Source: Mizuhopecten yessoensis (Eukaryota). Taken from it: 64,000 nt of DNA. Where the stretch lies: assembly GCF_002113885.1 (NCBI RefSeq), contig NW_018408750.1, positions 66,168 to 130,167 on the forward strand, written 5' to 3'. The stretch's first letter is position 1; each line of letters starts with the position of its first letter. A program made the position numbers and the translations under genes. Positions 26,520-40,010 of the stretch are shown here, one piece after another. Below the pieces are notes generated by a model, which saw nothing but the letters and a program-made list of their open reading frames with translations, did not search any database and had not been told where the DNA came from.

Positions 26520-27500
26520 GGATGTACACCTCAGAGAAGTAGAAAATGTCCTGTATTAAACTTTTAATGATACGGATTTTTGGAAAAGGGAATTCATGAC
26601 ATAGCAGAAAATGCAAAAGGAATTATGTGTCCGTGTGCTCGTTTTTGTGCTATAACTGGTCAAAGATACAAATTTGACATAAAATGTGATTTAAAGAGAA
26701 TTTTGCTGTTTTGACCATTTGCAGAACAAATTCATACAATATCTTCCAAATCTTCCCAGATATGTATGTTGGCAGAGTTGACGAAAACAGTAATTTCTTT
26801 TAAATTATGGAAGTAAAATGTCTTAACTTATTCTTTTAACTTAGAAAAGCAATTTCAATTACTCCTACCCCTTATTTTCTGAAAACAAAATGTTCTTTTT
26901 TTCGTTATTTTGTGTAGATTGAACGCTTGATATAAACGATTCTGCTGCTAAACTTTTTTAATGTTTAACAGATCAAAAGAAAATAGGTGTCTCTTTCTAA
27001 ACAGCCTTAAAAATGGAGCGTCCGTGTGTTTTTTATTTGTCCCGTTATTATTTGTGTTATATTTCAGCATTTCGGGTTCAAAACTAAAAAGTGTTCTAGT
27101 TACATTAAATAGTAAAATAAATACCAAAAATATATTGTGTTCCAGTTTGTTGCAAATTATTTGTCAATATTGGACGTGATAAAGATGTACAGCAAAACCT
27201 AACCTGCTTCAATTAAAAATGGCGGCACAAAGTGAGCAATCAAATTTCAAAAAAGGTGAAATTATGGTCTTTCGTGAAGTTCAAGAAATACACATTTTCA
27301 AAATGACCGCGAAATTGGTCATTTATTTTTTAAATTCATCTAAATTAATTTTTAAAAATAACTGGTATCTATTTTTTTGACACACTTTTCAGCTTCGTGC
27401 TTGCTATTAAATTGATCATAACTTTTTAAATATTACATAAACCTGTTTCACGAGATCAAAACGAGACCTGAACGAGACTGAAATCCAGATGAGTACATCT
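26520..27500. mobile_element. Non-autonomous TTAA-flanked DNA transposon (Kolobok-like)
   Basis: TTAA|GGATGTACACCTCAG ... CAGATGAGTACATCT|TTAA: imperfect TIRs with 5'-RR ends and TTAA TSD. Confidence 0.65.
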
Positions 27501-27509
27501 TTAAATGTG

Positions 27510-30500
27510 TACAGTTATTTGGTGTGGTCATTATAGTCATACTGTAGGTAAATGTTAAAAAGTTAGGTAGCGATGTGGTCATTATTGTCATAATGTAGGT
27601 AAATGTTATAGAGTTAGGTAACGATGTGGTCATTACTGTCATTCTGTAGGTAAATGATATAGAGTTAGGTAGCGATGTGGTCATTATAGTCATACTGTAG
27701 GTAAATGTTATAGAGTTAGGTAACGATGTGGTCATTATTGTCATTCTGTAGGTAAATGATATAGAGTTAGGTAGCGATGTGGTCATTATAGTCATACTGT
27801 AGGTAAATGTTATAGAGTTAGGTAGCGATGTTGTCATTTAAGTCATACTGTAGGTAAATGTTATGTAGTTAGGTAAAGATGTGGTCATTAAAGTCATACT
27901 GAAGGTTAATGTTATAGAGTTAGGTAACGATGTGGTCATTATAGTCATACTGTAGGTAAATGCTATAGAGTTAGGTGGCGATGTGGTCATTATAGTCATA
28001 CTGTAGGTAAGTGTTATAGAGTTAGGTAGCGATGTTGTCATTTAAGTCGTACTGTAGGTAAATGTTATGTAGTTAGGTAAAGATGTGGTCATTAAAGTCA
28101 TACTGAAGGTTAATGTTATAGAGTTAGGTAACGATGTGGTCATTATAGTCATACTGTAGGTAAATGCTAAAGAGTTAGGTAGCGATGTGGTCATTATAGT
28201 CATACTGTAGGGAAATGCTATAGAGTTAGGTAGCGATGTGGTCATTATAGTCATACTGTTGGTAAATGTTATAGAGTTAGGTAGCGATGTGGTCATTATA
28301 GTCATACTGTAGGTAAATGTTAAAAAGTTAGGTAGCGATGTGGCCATTATAGTCATACTGTAGGTTAATGTTAAAGAGTTAGATAGCGATGTGGTCATTA
28401 TAGTCATACTGTAGGTAAATGCTATAGAGTTAGGTAGCGATGTGGTCATTATAGTCATACTGTAGGTAAATGTTATAGAGTTAGGTAGCGATGTGGTCAC
28501 TATAGTCATACTGTAGGTTAATGTTAAAAAGTTAGGTAGCGATGTTGTCATTTTAGTCATGCTGTAGGTACATTTTATAGAGTTAGGTAACGATGTGGTC
28601 ATTATAGTCATACTGTAGGTAAATGGTAAAGAGTTAGGTAGCGATGTTGTCATTTTTGTCATCCTGTAGGGTTAATGTTATAGAGTTAGGTAGCGATGTG
28701 GTCATTATAGTCATACTGTAGGTAAATGGTAAAGAGTTAGGTAGCGATGTTGTCATTTTTGTCATCCTGTAGGGTTAATGTTATAGAGTTAGGTAGCGAT
28801 GTGGTCATTATAGTCATACTGTAGGTAAATGTTAAAGAGTTAGGTAGCGATGTTGTCATTTTTGTCATACTGTAGGGTTAATGTTATAGAGTTAGGTAGC
28901 GATGTTGTCATTATAGTCATACTGTAGGTAAATGTTATAGAGTTAGGTAGCGATGCTGTCATTATAGTCATACTGTAGGTAAATGGTATAGAGTTCGGTA
29001 ACGATGTGGTCATTATGGTCATACTGCAGGTAAATGTTATAGCGTTAGGTAGCGATGTTGTCATTATAGTCATACTGTAGGTAAATGGTATAGAGTTCGG
29101 TAACGATGTGGTCTCATTATAGTCATACTGTAGGTAAATGTTATAGCGTTAGGTAGCGATGTTGTCATTATAGTCATCCTGTAGGTAAATGTTATAGAGT
29201 TAGATAGTGATGTTGTCATTTCAGTCATACTATAGGTAAATGTTATAGAGTTCGGTAACGATGTGGTCATTATAGTCATACTGCAGGTAAATGTTATAGA
29301 GTTAGGTAGCGATGTGGTCATTAGAGTCATACTGTAGGTAAATTTGATAGATTTAGGTAGAGATGTGACCATTATTGTAATGCTGTAGGTAAATTTGATA
29401 GATTTAGGCTGTGAGGTGACCATCATTGTCATGCTGTAGGTAAATTTGATAGATTTATGTACATATGTAGTGAGGTGACCATTTTGTCATGCTGTAGGTA
29501 AATAGTACATAGTTATGTAGTTATATTGCCATAATTGTCATGCTGTAGATAAATATTATAGAGTTAGGGAGAGATGTAACCATTATTTTCATGCTGTAGG
29601 TAAACTTTATAGCGTTAGGTAGATTATAGTCATACTGTAGGTTAATGTTAAAGAGTTAGATAGCGATGTTGTCATTTCAGTCATACTATAGGTAAATGCT
29701 ATAGAGTTAGGTAGGGATGTAACCATTATTTTCATGCTGTAATTAAAGGTTATAGCGTAAGGTAGTGACGTGACTATTATTGTCATGCTGGAGGTACATT
29801 TTATAGCGTTAAGTGGTGAGGTGACCATTTGTGGCCATTATAGTCATACTGTAGGGAAATGTTAAAGAGGCAGGTAGCGATGGGGTCATTATAGTCATAA
29901 TGTAGGTAAATGTTAAAGAGGTAGGTAGCGATGTGGCCATTATAGTCATACTGTAGGTAAATTTGATTGTCACAGAGTTTCGTAGTAAGGTGATCATTAA
30001 TGTTATTATGTAGATACATGTCACAGAGTTTGGTAGTAAGGTGACCATTATTGTGATGCTGTAGTTAAAGGTTATAGAGTAAGGTAGCGAGGTGACCATT
30101 ATTTATTGTCATGCTGTTGGAAATTTTTATGGCGTTAGGTAGTGAGGTAACCATTATTGTCATACTGTAGGTAAATTTGAAAGATTTAGGTACATATGTA
30201 GTGAGGTGACCATAATTGTCATGCTGTAGGCAAATACCTTAGAGTTAGGTAGTTAGATTGCAATTATTGTCATGCTGTTGGAAAATTTTATGCGTTAGGT
30301 AGTGAGGTGACTATTATTGTCATGCTGGAGGTACATTTTATAGCTTTAGGTAGTGAGGTGACAATTATTGGCATGCTGTAGGTACATTTGATAGCGTTAG
30401 TGTCATGCTGTAGGTTTATTTGATAGCGTTAGGTGTTGTTAGACTTATAGAGTTAGGTAACGATGTGTTCATTATAGTCATACTGTAGGGAAATGTTAAA

Positions 30501-33500
30501 GAGGCAGGTAGCGATGGGGTCATTATAGTCATAATGTAGGTAAATGTTAAAGAGGTAGGTAGCGATGTGGGAGTTAGGTAGCGATGTGGGAGTTAGGTAG
30601 CGATGTTGTCATTTCAGTCATACTATAGGTAAATGCTATAGAGTTAGGTAGGGATGTAACCATTATTTTCATGCTGTAATTAAAGGTTATAGCGTTAGGT
30701 AGATTATAGTCATACTGTAGGTAAATTTGATTGTCACAGAGTTTCGTAGTAAGGTGATCATTAATGTTATTATGTAGATACATGTCACAGAGTTTGGTAG
30801 TAAGGTGACCATTATTGTGATGCTGTAGTTAAAGGTTATAGAGTAAGGTAGCGAGGTGACCATTAGTCATACTGTAGGTTAATGTTAAAGAGTTAGATAG
30901 CGATGTTGTCATTTCAGTCATACTATAGGTAAATGCTATAGAGTTAGGTAGTGAGGTTACCATTATTGTCATGCGGTAGGTACATTTTATAGCATTAGGT
31001 AGTGATGTGACCATATGTAGTTATATTGCCATAATTGCCATGCTGTAGGTAAAGGTTATAGCGTAAGGAAGCGAGGTGACAATTATTGGCATGCTGTAGG
31101 TAAATTTTTTAGCGTTAGGTAGTGTGGTGACCATTATTGTGATGCTGTAGTTAAAGGTTATAGCGTTAGGTAGGGAGGGGACCATTATTGTCATTCTGTA
31201 GGTTTATTTGATAGCGTTAGGTAGGGAGGTGACCATTATTTATTGTCATGCTGTCATGCTGTAGGTTTATTTGATAGCGTTAGGTGTTGTTAGACTTATA
31301 GAGTTAGGTAACGATGTGGTCATTTTAGTCATGCTGTAGGTACATGTGGTCATTATAGGCATACTGTAGGCAAATGCTAAAAAGTTAGGTAGCGATGTTG
31401 TCATTTCAGTCATACTATAGGTAAATGCTATAGAGTTAGGTAGTGAGGTGACAATTATTGTCATGCTGGAGGTACATTTTATAGTGTTAGGTAGAGATGT
31501 AACCATTATTGTCATGATGTAGTTAAAGGTTATAGCGTTAGGTAGATTATAGTCATACTGTAGGTTAATGTTAAAGAGTTAGATAGCGATGTTGTCATTT
31601 CAGTCATACTATAGGTAAATGCTATAGAGTTAGGTAGAGATGTGACCATTATTAGGTGACCATTATTGTCAAGATGTAGATTCATTTTATAGCGTTAAGT
31701 GGTGAGGTGACCATTTTTTCATGCTATAGGTAAAGGTTATAGATTTAGGTAGGGAGGTGACCATTATTGTGATGCTGTAGGTACATGTGGTCATTATAGG
31801 CATACTGTAGGCAAATGCTAAAAAGTTAGGTAGCGATGTTGTCATTTCAGTCATACTATAGGTAAATGCTATAGAGTTAGGTAGGGATGTAACCATTATT
31901 TTCATGCTGTAATTAAAGGTTATAGCGTAAACTGTAGGTAAATGTTTTAGAGTTAGGTAACGATGTGTTCATTATAGTCATACTGTAGGTAAATTTGATA
32001 GAAATAGGTAGTGAGTTGACTATTATTGGCATGCTGTTGGTTGATTTGATAGCGTTAGTGTCATGCTGTAGGTAAAGTTTATAGGCTCAAGTACAAAGGT
32101 GACCATTATTGATTATTGTCATGCTGTGAGTTAGGTAGCGATGTGGGAGTTAGGTAGCGATGTTGTCATTTCAGTCATACTATAGGTAAATGCTATAGAG
32201 TTAGGTAGTGAGGTAACCATTATTGTCATGGTGTAGATATATTTTATAGCGTTAGGTAGGGAGGGGACCATTATTGTCATTCTGTAGGTTTATTTGATAG
32301 CGTTAGGTATAAGGTGATAATTTTTGTCATGCTCTAGGTAAATACCTTAGAGTTAGGTAGTTAGATTGCACTTATTGTCATGCTGTAACCATTATTGTCA
32401 TACTGTAGGTAAATTTGATAGATTTAGGTGAGGTGACCATTTTTGTCATGCTGTTGGAAAATTTTATGGCGTTAGGTAGTGAGGTGACCATTATTGTCAT
32501 GTTGTAGGTAAATTTGATAGATTTAGGTAATAAGGTGATAATTTTTGTCATGCTGTAGGTAAATACCTTAGAGTTAGGTAGTTAGATTGCCATTATTGTC
32601 ATGCTGTAGGTACATTTTATAGCTTTAGGTAGTGAGGTGACAATTATTGGCATGCTGTAGGTACATTTTATAGCGTTAAGTAGTGAGGTGACCATTATTG
32701 TCATGCTGTAGGTAAAGTTTATAGGCTCAAGTACTAAGGTGACCATTATTGACATGCTGTAGGTACATTTAATAGCGTTAAGTGGTGAGGTGACCATTAT
32801 TGTCATGCTGTAGGTAAAGTTTATAGCGTTAGGTAGTAAGGTGACCATTATTGTCATGCTGTAGATTCATTTTATAGCGTTAAGTAATGACGTGACCATT
32901 ATTGTCATGCTGTAGGTAAAGGTTATAGATTTAGGTAGTGAGGTGACCATTATTGTCATGCTGGAGGTACATTTTATAGCATTAGGTAGTAAGGTGACCC
33001 TTATTGTCATGCTGTAGGTAAATTTGATGGATTTAGGTGAGGTGACCATTTTTGTCATGCTGTAGGTACATTTTATAGCGTTAGGTAGTGATGTGACCAT
33101 TATTGTCATGCTGTAGGTAAATTTGATAGCGTTAGGTAGTGAGGTGACCATTATTGTCATGCTGTAGGTAAATTTGATGGAATTAGGTGAGGTGACCATT
33201 TTTGTCATGCTGTAGGTACATTTTATAGCGTTAGGTAGTGAGGTGACGAATATTGTCATGCTGTAGGTAAATTTGATAGCGTTAGGTAGTGACGTGAACC
33301 ATTATTGTCATGCTGTAGGTAAAGGTTATAGATTTAGGTAGTGAGGTGACCATTTTTGTCATGCTGTAGGGAAATTTGATAGCGTTAGGTAGTGAGGTGA
33401 CCATTATTGTCATGCTGAAGGTAAATTTGATGGATTTAGGTAGTGAGGTGACCATTATTGTCATGCTGTAGGTACATTTTATAGCGTTAGGTAGTGAGGT

Positions 33501-36500
33501 GACCATTATTGACATGCTGTAGTTAAATTTGATAGTGTTAGGTAGTGAGGTGACCATTATTGTCATGCTGTAGGTAAATTTGATAGAAATAGGTAGTGAG
33601 TTGACTATTATTGGCATGCTGTAGGTAAATGGTATAGTGTTAGGTAGTGAGGTGACTATTATTGTCATGCTGTATGTACATTAGATAGCGTTAGGTAGTC
33701 AGTTGACCATTATTAGCATGCTGTAAGTAAATGGTATAGTGTTAGGTAGTGATGTGACCATTATTGTCATGCTATAGGTAAATTTGATAGCGTTAGGAAG
33801 TGAGGTGACCATTATTGTCATGCTGTAGGTAAATTTGATAGCGTTAGGTAGTGAGGTGACCATTATTGTCATGCTGTAGGTAAATTTGTTAGAACTAGGT
33901 TGTGAGTTGACTATTATTGGCATGCTGTAGGTAAATTTGATAGCGTTAGGTAGTGAGGTGACCATTATTAGCATGCTGTAGGTACATTTTATAGCGTTAG
34001 GTAGTGACGTGACCATTATTGTCATGCTGTAGGTACATTTAATAGAGTTAGGTAACGATGTGGTCATTTTAGTCATGCTGTAGGTACATTTTATAGAGTT
34101 GGGTAACGATGTGGTCATTTTAGTCATGCTGTAGATTATTGTCATGCTGTATGTACATTTTATAGCGTTGGGTAGTGACGTGACCATTATTGTCATGCAT
34201 TTAATAGAGTTAGGTAGCGATGTGGTCATTATAGTCATACTGTAGGTAAATGTTAAAGAGTTAGGTAGCGATGTTGTCATTTTTGTCATACTGTAGGGTT
34301 AATGTTATAGAGTTAGGTAGCGATGTGGTCATTATGAGTCATACTGTAGGTAAATTTGATAGATTTAGGTAGAGATGTGACCATTATTGTAATGCTGTCG
34401 GTAAATTTGATAGATTTAGGCAGTGAGATAACCATCATTGTGACCATTATTGTCATGCTGTAGGTAAATAGCTTAGAGTTAGGTAGTTAGATTGCCATTA
34501 TTGTCATGCTGTAGGTACATTTTATAGCGTTACGATGTGGTCATTATAGTCATACTGTAGGTAAATTTTAAAGAGGTAGGTAGCGATGTGGTCATTATAG
34601 TCATAATGTAGGTAAATGTTATAGAGTTAGGTAACGATGTGGTCATTATAGTCATACTGTAGGTAAATGTTAAAGAGGGAGGTAGCGATGTGGTCATTAT
34701 AGTCATACTGTAGGTAAATTTTAAAGAGGTAGGTAGCGATGTGGTCATTATAGTCATACTGTAGGTAAATTTTAAAGAGGTAGGTAGCGATGTGGTCATT
34801 ATAGTCATACTGTAGGTAAATGTTAAAGAGTTAGGTAGCGATGTGGTCATTATAGTCATACTGTAGGTAAATTTGATAGATTTAGGTAGAGATGTGACCA
34901 TTATTGTAATGCTGTAGGTAAATTTGATAGATTTAGGCAGTGAGATAACCATCATTGTCATGCTGTAGGTAAATTTGATAGATTTATGTACATATGTAGT
35001 GAGGTGACCATTTTGTCATGCTGTAGGTAAATAGTACAGAGTTATGTAGTTATATTGCCATAATTGTCATGCTGTAGATAAATATTATAGAGTTAGGTAG
35101 AGATGTAACCATTATTGTCATACTGTAGGTAAATTTGATAGATTTAGGTGAGGTGACCATTTTTGTCATGCTGTAGGTAAATTTTATAGCGTTAGGTAGT
35201 GAGGTGACCATTATTGTCATGCTGTAGGTAAATAGCTTAGAGTTAGGTAGTTAGATTGCCATTATTTTCATGCTGTAGTTAAAGGTTTTAGCGTAAGGTA
35301 GCGAGGTGACCATTATTGTCATGCTGTAGGTACATTTTAAAGCGTTAAGTAGTGAGGTGACCATTATTGTCATGCTGTAGGTATATAGCTTCGAGTTAGG
35401 TAGTTAGATTGCCATTATTTTCATGCTGTAGTTAAAGGTTTTAGCGTAAGGTAGCGAGGTGACCATTATTGTCATGCTGTAGGTACATTTTTTAGCGTTA
35501 GGTAGTGTGGTGACCATTATTGTCATGCTGTATATATATTTGATAGCGTTTGGTAGTGTCGTGACCATTATTGTCATGCTGTAGGTACATTTTATAGTGT
35601 TAGGTAGTGCCGTGACCATTATTGTCATGCTGTAGGTACATTTTATAGTGTTAGGTAGTGCCGTGACCATTATTGTCATGCTGTAGGTACATTTGATAGC
35701 GTTAGATAGTGATGTGACCATTATTGTCATGCTGTAGGTATATTTGATAGCGTTAGGTAGTGACGTGACCATTATTGTCAAGCTGTAGATTCATTTTATA
35801 GCGTTAAGTAGTGAGGTGACCATTATTGTCATGCTGGAGGTCCATTTTATAGCATTAGGTAGTGAGGTGACCATTATTGTCATGCTGTAGGAAAATAGCT
35901 TAGAGTTAGGTAGTTAGATTGCCATTATTGTCATGCTGTAGGTACATTTTATAGCTTTAGGTAGTGAGGTGACAATTATTGGCATGCTGTAGGTACATTT
36001 TATAGCGTTAGGTAGTAAGGTGACCATTATTGTCATGCTGTAGGTACATTTTATAGCCTTAGGTAGTGAGGTGACCATTATTGTCATGCTGTCGGTAAAT
36101 GGTATAGTGTTAGGTAGAGATGTGACCATAATTGTCATGCTGTAGGTAAAGGTTATAGATTTAGGTAGTGAGCTGACCATTATTGTCATGCTGTAGGTAA
36201 ATATTATAGAGTTAAGTAGAGATGTAACCATTATTGTAGTGTGGTGACCATTATTGTCATGCTGTATATATATTTGATAGCGGTTGGTAGTGTCGTGACC
36301 ATTATTGTCATGCTGTAGGTACATTTTTATAGCGTTAGGTAGTGAGGTGACCATTATTGTCATGTTGTAGGTATATTTGATAGCGTTAGGTAGTGACGTG
36401 ACCATTATTGTCATGCTGTAGGTAAAGGTTATAGCGTTAGGTAGTGACGTGACCATTATTGTCATGCTGTAGATACATTTTATAGCGTTAGGTAGTGACG

Positions 36501-39370
36501 TGACCATTATTGTAATGCTGTAGGTACATTTTATAGCGTAAGGTAGTGACGTGACCATTATTGTCATGCTGTAGATACATTTTATAGCGTTAGGTAGTGA
36601 CGGGACCATTATTGTCATGCTGTAGGTACATTTTATAGTGTTAGGTAGTGCCGTGACCATTATTGTCATGCTGTAGGTACATTTTTATAGCGTTAGGTAG
36701 TGAGGTGACCATTATTGTCATGTTGTAGGTATATTTGATAGCGTTAGGTAGTGACGTGACCATTATTGTCAAGCTGTAGATTCATTTTATAGCGTTAAGT
36801 AGTGAGGTGACCATTATTGTCATGCTGTAGATACATTTTATAGCGTTAATTAGTGACGTGACCATTATTGTCATGCTGTAGGTACATTTGATAGCGTTAG
36901 GTAGTGAGGTGACCATTATTAGCATGCTGTAGGTACATTTTATAGCGTTAGGTAGTGAGGTGACCATTACAGTATGCTGTAGGTATATTTTATAGCGTTA
37001 GGTAGTGACGTGACCGTTATTGTCATGCTGTAGGTACATTTTATAGTGTTAGGTAGTGCCGTGACCATTATTGTCATGCTGTAGGTACATTTTATAGCTT
37101 TAGGTAGTGAGGTGACAATTATTGGCATGCTGTAGGTACATTTTATAGCGTTAGGTAGTGAGGTGACCATTGTTGTCATGCTGTAGGTACATTTTATAGC
37201 GTTAAGTAGTGAGGTGACCATTATTGTCATGCTGGAGGTCCATTTTATAGCATTAGGTAGTGAGGTGACCATTATTGTCATGCTGTAGGAAAATAGCTTA
37301 GAGTTAGGTAGTTAGATTGCCATTATTGTCATGCTGTAGTTAAAGGTTATAGCGTAAGGTAGCGAGGTGACCATTATTGTCATGCTGTAGGTACATTTTA
37401 TAGTGTAAGGTTACGAGGTGACCATTATTGTCATGCTGTAGGTAAATTTGATGGAATTAGGTGAGGTGACCATTTTTGTCATGCTGTAGGTAAATTTTAT
37501 AGCGTTAGGTAGTGAGGCCATTATTGTCATGCTGTAGGTAAATTTGATAGCGTTAGGTAGTGACGTGACCATTATTGTCATGCTGTAGGTACATTTTTAT
37601 AGCGTTAGGTAGTGAGGTGACCATTATTGTCATGTTGTAGGTATATTTGATAGCGTTAGGTAGTGACGTGACCATTATTGTCATGCTGTAGGTAAAGGTT
37701 ATAGCGTTAGGTAGTGACGTGACCATTATTGTCAAGCTGTAGATTCATTTTATAGCGTTAAGTAGTGAGGTGACCATTATTGTCATGCTGTAGATACATT
37801 TTATAGCGTTAATTAGTGACGTGACCATTATTGTCATGCTGTAGGTACATTTGATAGCGTTAGATAGTGATGTGACCATTATTGTCATGCTGTAGGTATA
37901 TTTGATAGCGTTAGGTAGTAAGGTGACCATTATTGTCATGCTGTAGATACATTTTATAGCGTTAGGTAGTGACGGGACCATTATTGTCATGCTGTAGGTA
38001 CATTTTTATAGCGTTAGGTAGTGAGGTGACCATTATTGTCATGTTGTAGGTATATTTGATAGCGTTAGGTAGTGACGTGACCATTATTGTCATGCTGTAG
38101 ATACATTTTATAGCGTTAGGTAGTGAGGTGACCATTACAGTATGCTGTAGGTATATTTTATAGCGTTAGGTAGTGACGTGACCGTTATTGTCATGCTGTA
38201 GGTACATTTTATAGTGTTAGGTAGTGACGTGACCATTATTGTCATGCTGTAGATACATTTTATAGCGTTAGGTAGTGAGGTGACCATTGTTGTCATGCTG
38301 TAGGTACATTTTATAGCGTTAAGTAGTGACGTGACCATTATTGTCATGCTGTAGGTACATTTTATAGCCTTAGGTAGTGAGGTGACCATTATTGTCATGC
38401 TGTAGATACATTTTATAGCGTTAATTAGTGACGTGACCATTATTGTCATGCTGTAGGTAAAGGTTATAGGTAGGTAAATTTGATAGCGTTAGGTAGTGAG
38501 GTGACTATTATTGTCATGCTGTAGGTACATTTTATAGCGTTAGGTAGTGAGGTGACCATTACAGTATGCTGTAGGTATATTTTATAGCGTTAGGTAGTGA
38601 CGTGACCATTATTGTCATGCTGTAGGTAAATGGTATAGTGTTAGGTAGAGATGTGACCATAATTGTCATGCTGTAGGTAAAGGTCATAGATTTAGGTAGT
38701 GAGCTGACCATTATTGTCATGCTGTAGGTAAATATTATAGAGTTAATTAGAGATGTAACCATTATTGTCATGCTGTAGGTATATTTGATAGCGTTAGGTA
38801 GTGACGTGACCATTATTATCATACTGTAGGTACATTTTATAGTGCTAGGTAGTGACGTGACCATTATTGACATCCTGTCGGTAAATTTTATAGCGTTAGG
38901 TAGTGAGGTGACCATTATTGTCATGCTGTAGGTAAATGGTATAGTGTTAGGTAGTGAGGTTACCATTATTGTCATGATGTAGATACATTTTATAGCGTTA
39001 GGTAGTGAGGTGACCATTATTGTCATGCTGTAGGTAACTTTGATAGCGTTAGGTAGTGAGGTGACTATTATTGTCATGCTGTAGGTACATTTTATAGCGT
39101 TAGATAGTGAGGTGACCATTATTGTCATGCTGTAGATAAATCTTATAGAATTAGGTAGTGACGTGACCATAATTGTCATGCTGTAGGTAAATATGATAGA
39201 TTTAGGAAGTGATGTGACCATTATTGTCATGCTGTAGGTACATTTTATAGCGTTAGGTAGTGATGTGACCATTATTGACATGCTATAGGTACATTTTATA
39301 GCGTTAGGTAGTGACGTGACCATAATTGTCATGCTGTAGATAAATTTGATAGATTAAGGTAGTGAGGTGG
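27510..39370. repeat. ~11.9-kb 51-bp satellite array with two subfamilies
   Basis: GTAGGTAAATGTTATAGAGTTAGGTAGCGATGTGGTCATTATAGTCATACT (type A) and ...GTGAGGTGACCATTATTGTCATGCT (type B); source of all MTIM(T/V)TSLPN ORFs. Confidence 0.97.
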
Positions 39371-39976
39371 CGATGATAAAATATCATGATAAAATGATGA
39401 TAAACGATTATTATATATGAATTTGATGTTGGAGTATAAGGATAGTATATCACTTGATGAGTAGCCTATGTATGCATTTTTTTTTTTTGGGATAGAATCA
39501 TATGGGTTAGTAATTGTGCACTGTTCCTCCCAATAGGTTACAAATGTACATGTAAATTGTAATTTGCATTGCCCGAGATCAGGTATTTCTCAACCTTTAA
39601 TAATGATAACGACAATAATGTTTTCAGGATACCTGAAACTATGTAAAACTTTTATTTGTTTTGATGATTTTTTTTTCTTCATGTTTTTTTGCAAAGTGTG
39701 AATGTGTTAGAGAAAAACAGGAGTATGTTTACTGACCAGGGGGCAATGGCATATCAAATAGAATCAAGACATTTTGTTGTCGATATGGCGGACAATGAAT
39801 GTGTCGCTTGTTAGCCTATCATCAGAATATATTCTTGAACATCCGATATTTTGACAAATCTATTTGTTTACACATACAAAGTTCGTAAATGATAGATTGC
39901 ATGGTTTGAATAACAATAAAATACAATTCAAATTCAACGTTTTATTAGATTCGTTCTGATGATAGAGAGAACATGT

Positions 39977-40010
39977 TTATCCTATCACCCCATTTGTCAC
40001 GTCTGTGGCT
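39977..40010 (-). CDS. CTL-3 exon 5 (ATDVTNGVIG*)
   Basis: ttcctttcag acceptor, phase 2, AATAAA downstream. Confidence 0.82.

Noticed and set aside
27448-39332. Many Thr/Met/Ser-rich ORFs resembling a mucin gene
   Set aside because: By-product of a 51-bp satellite; frequent frameshifts and stops, no signal peptide or credible splice structure.
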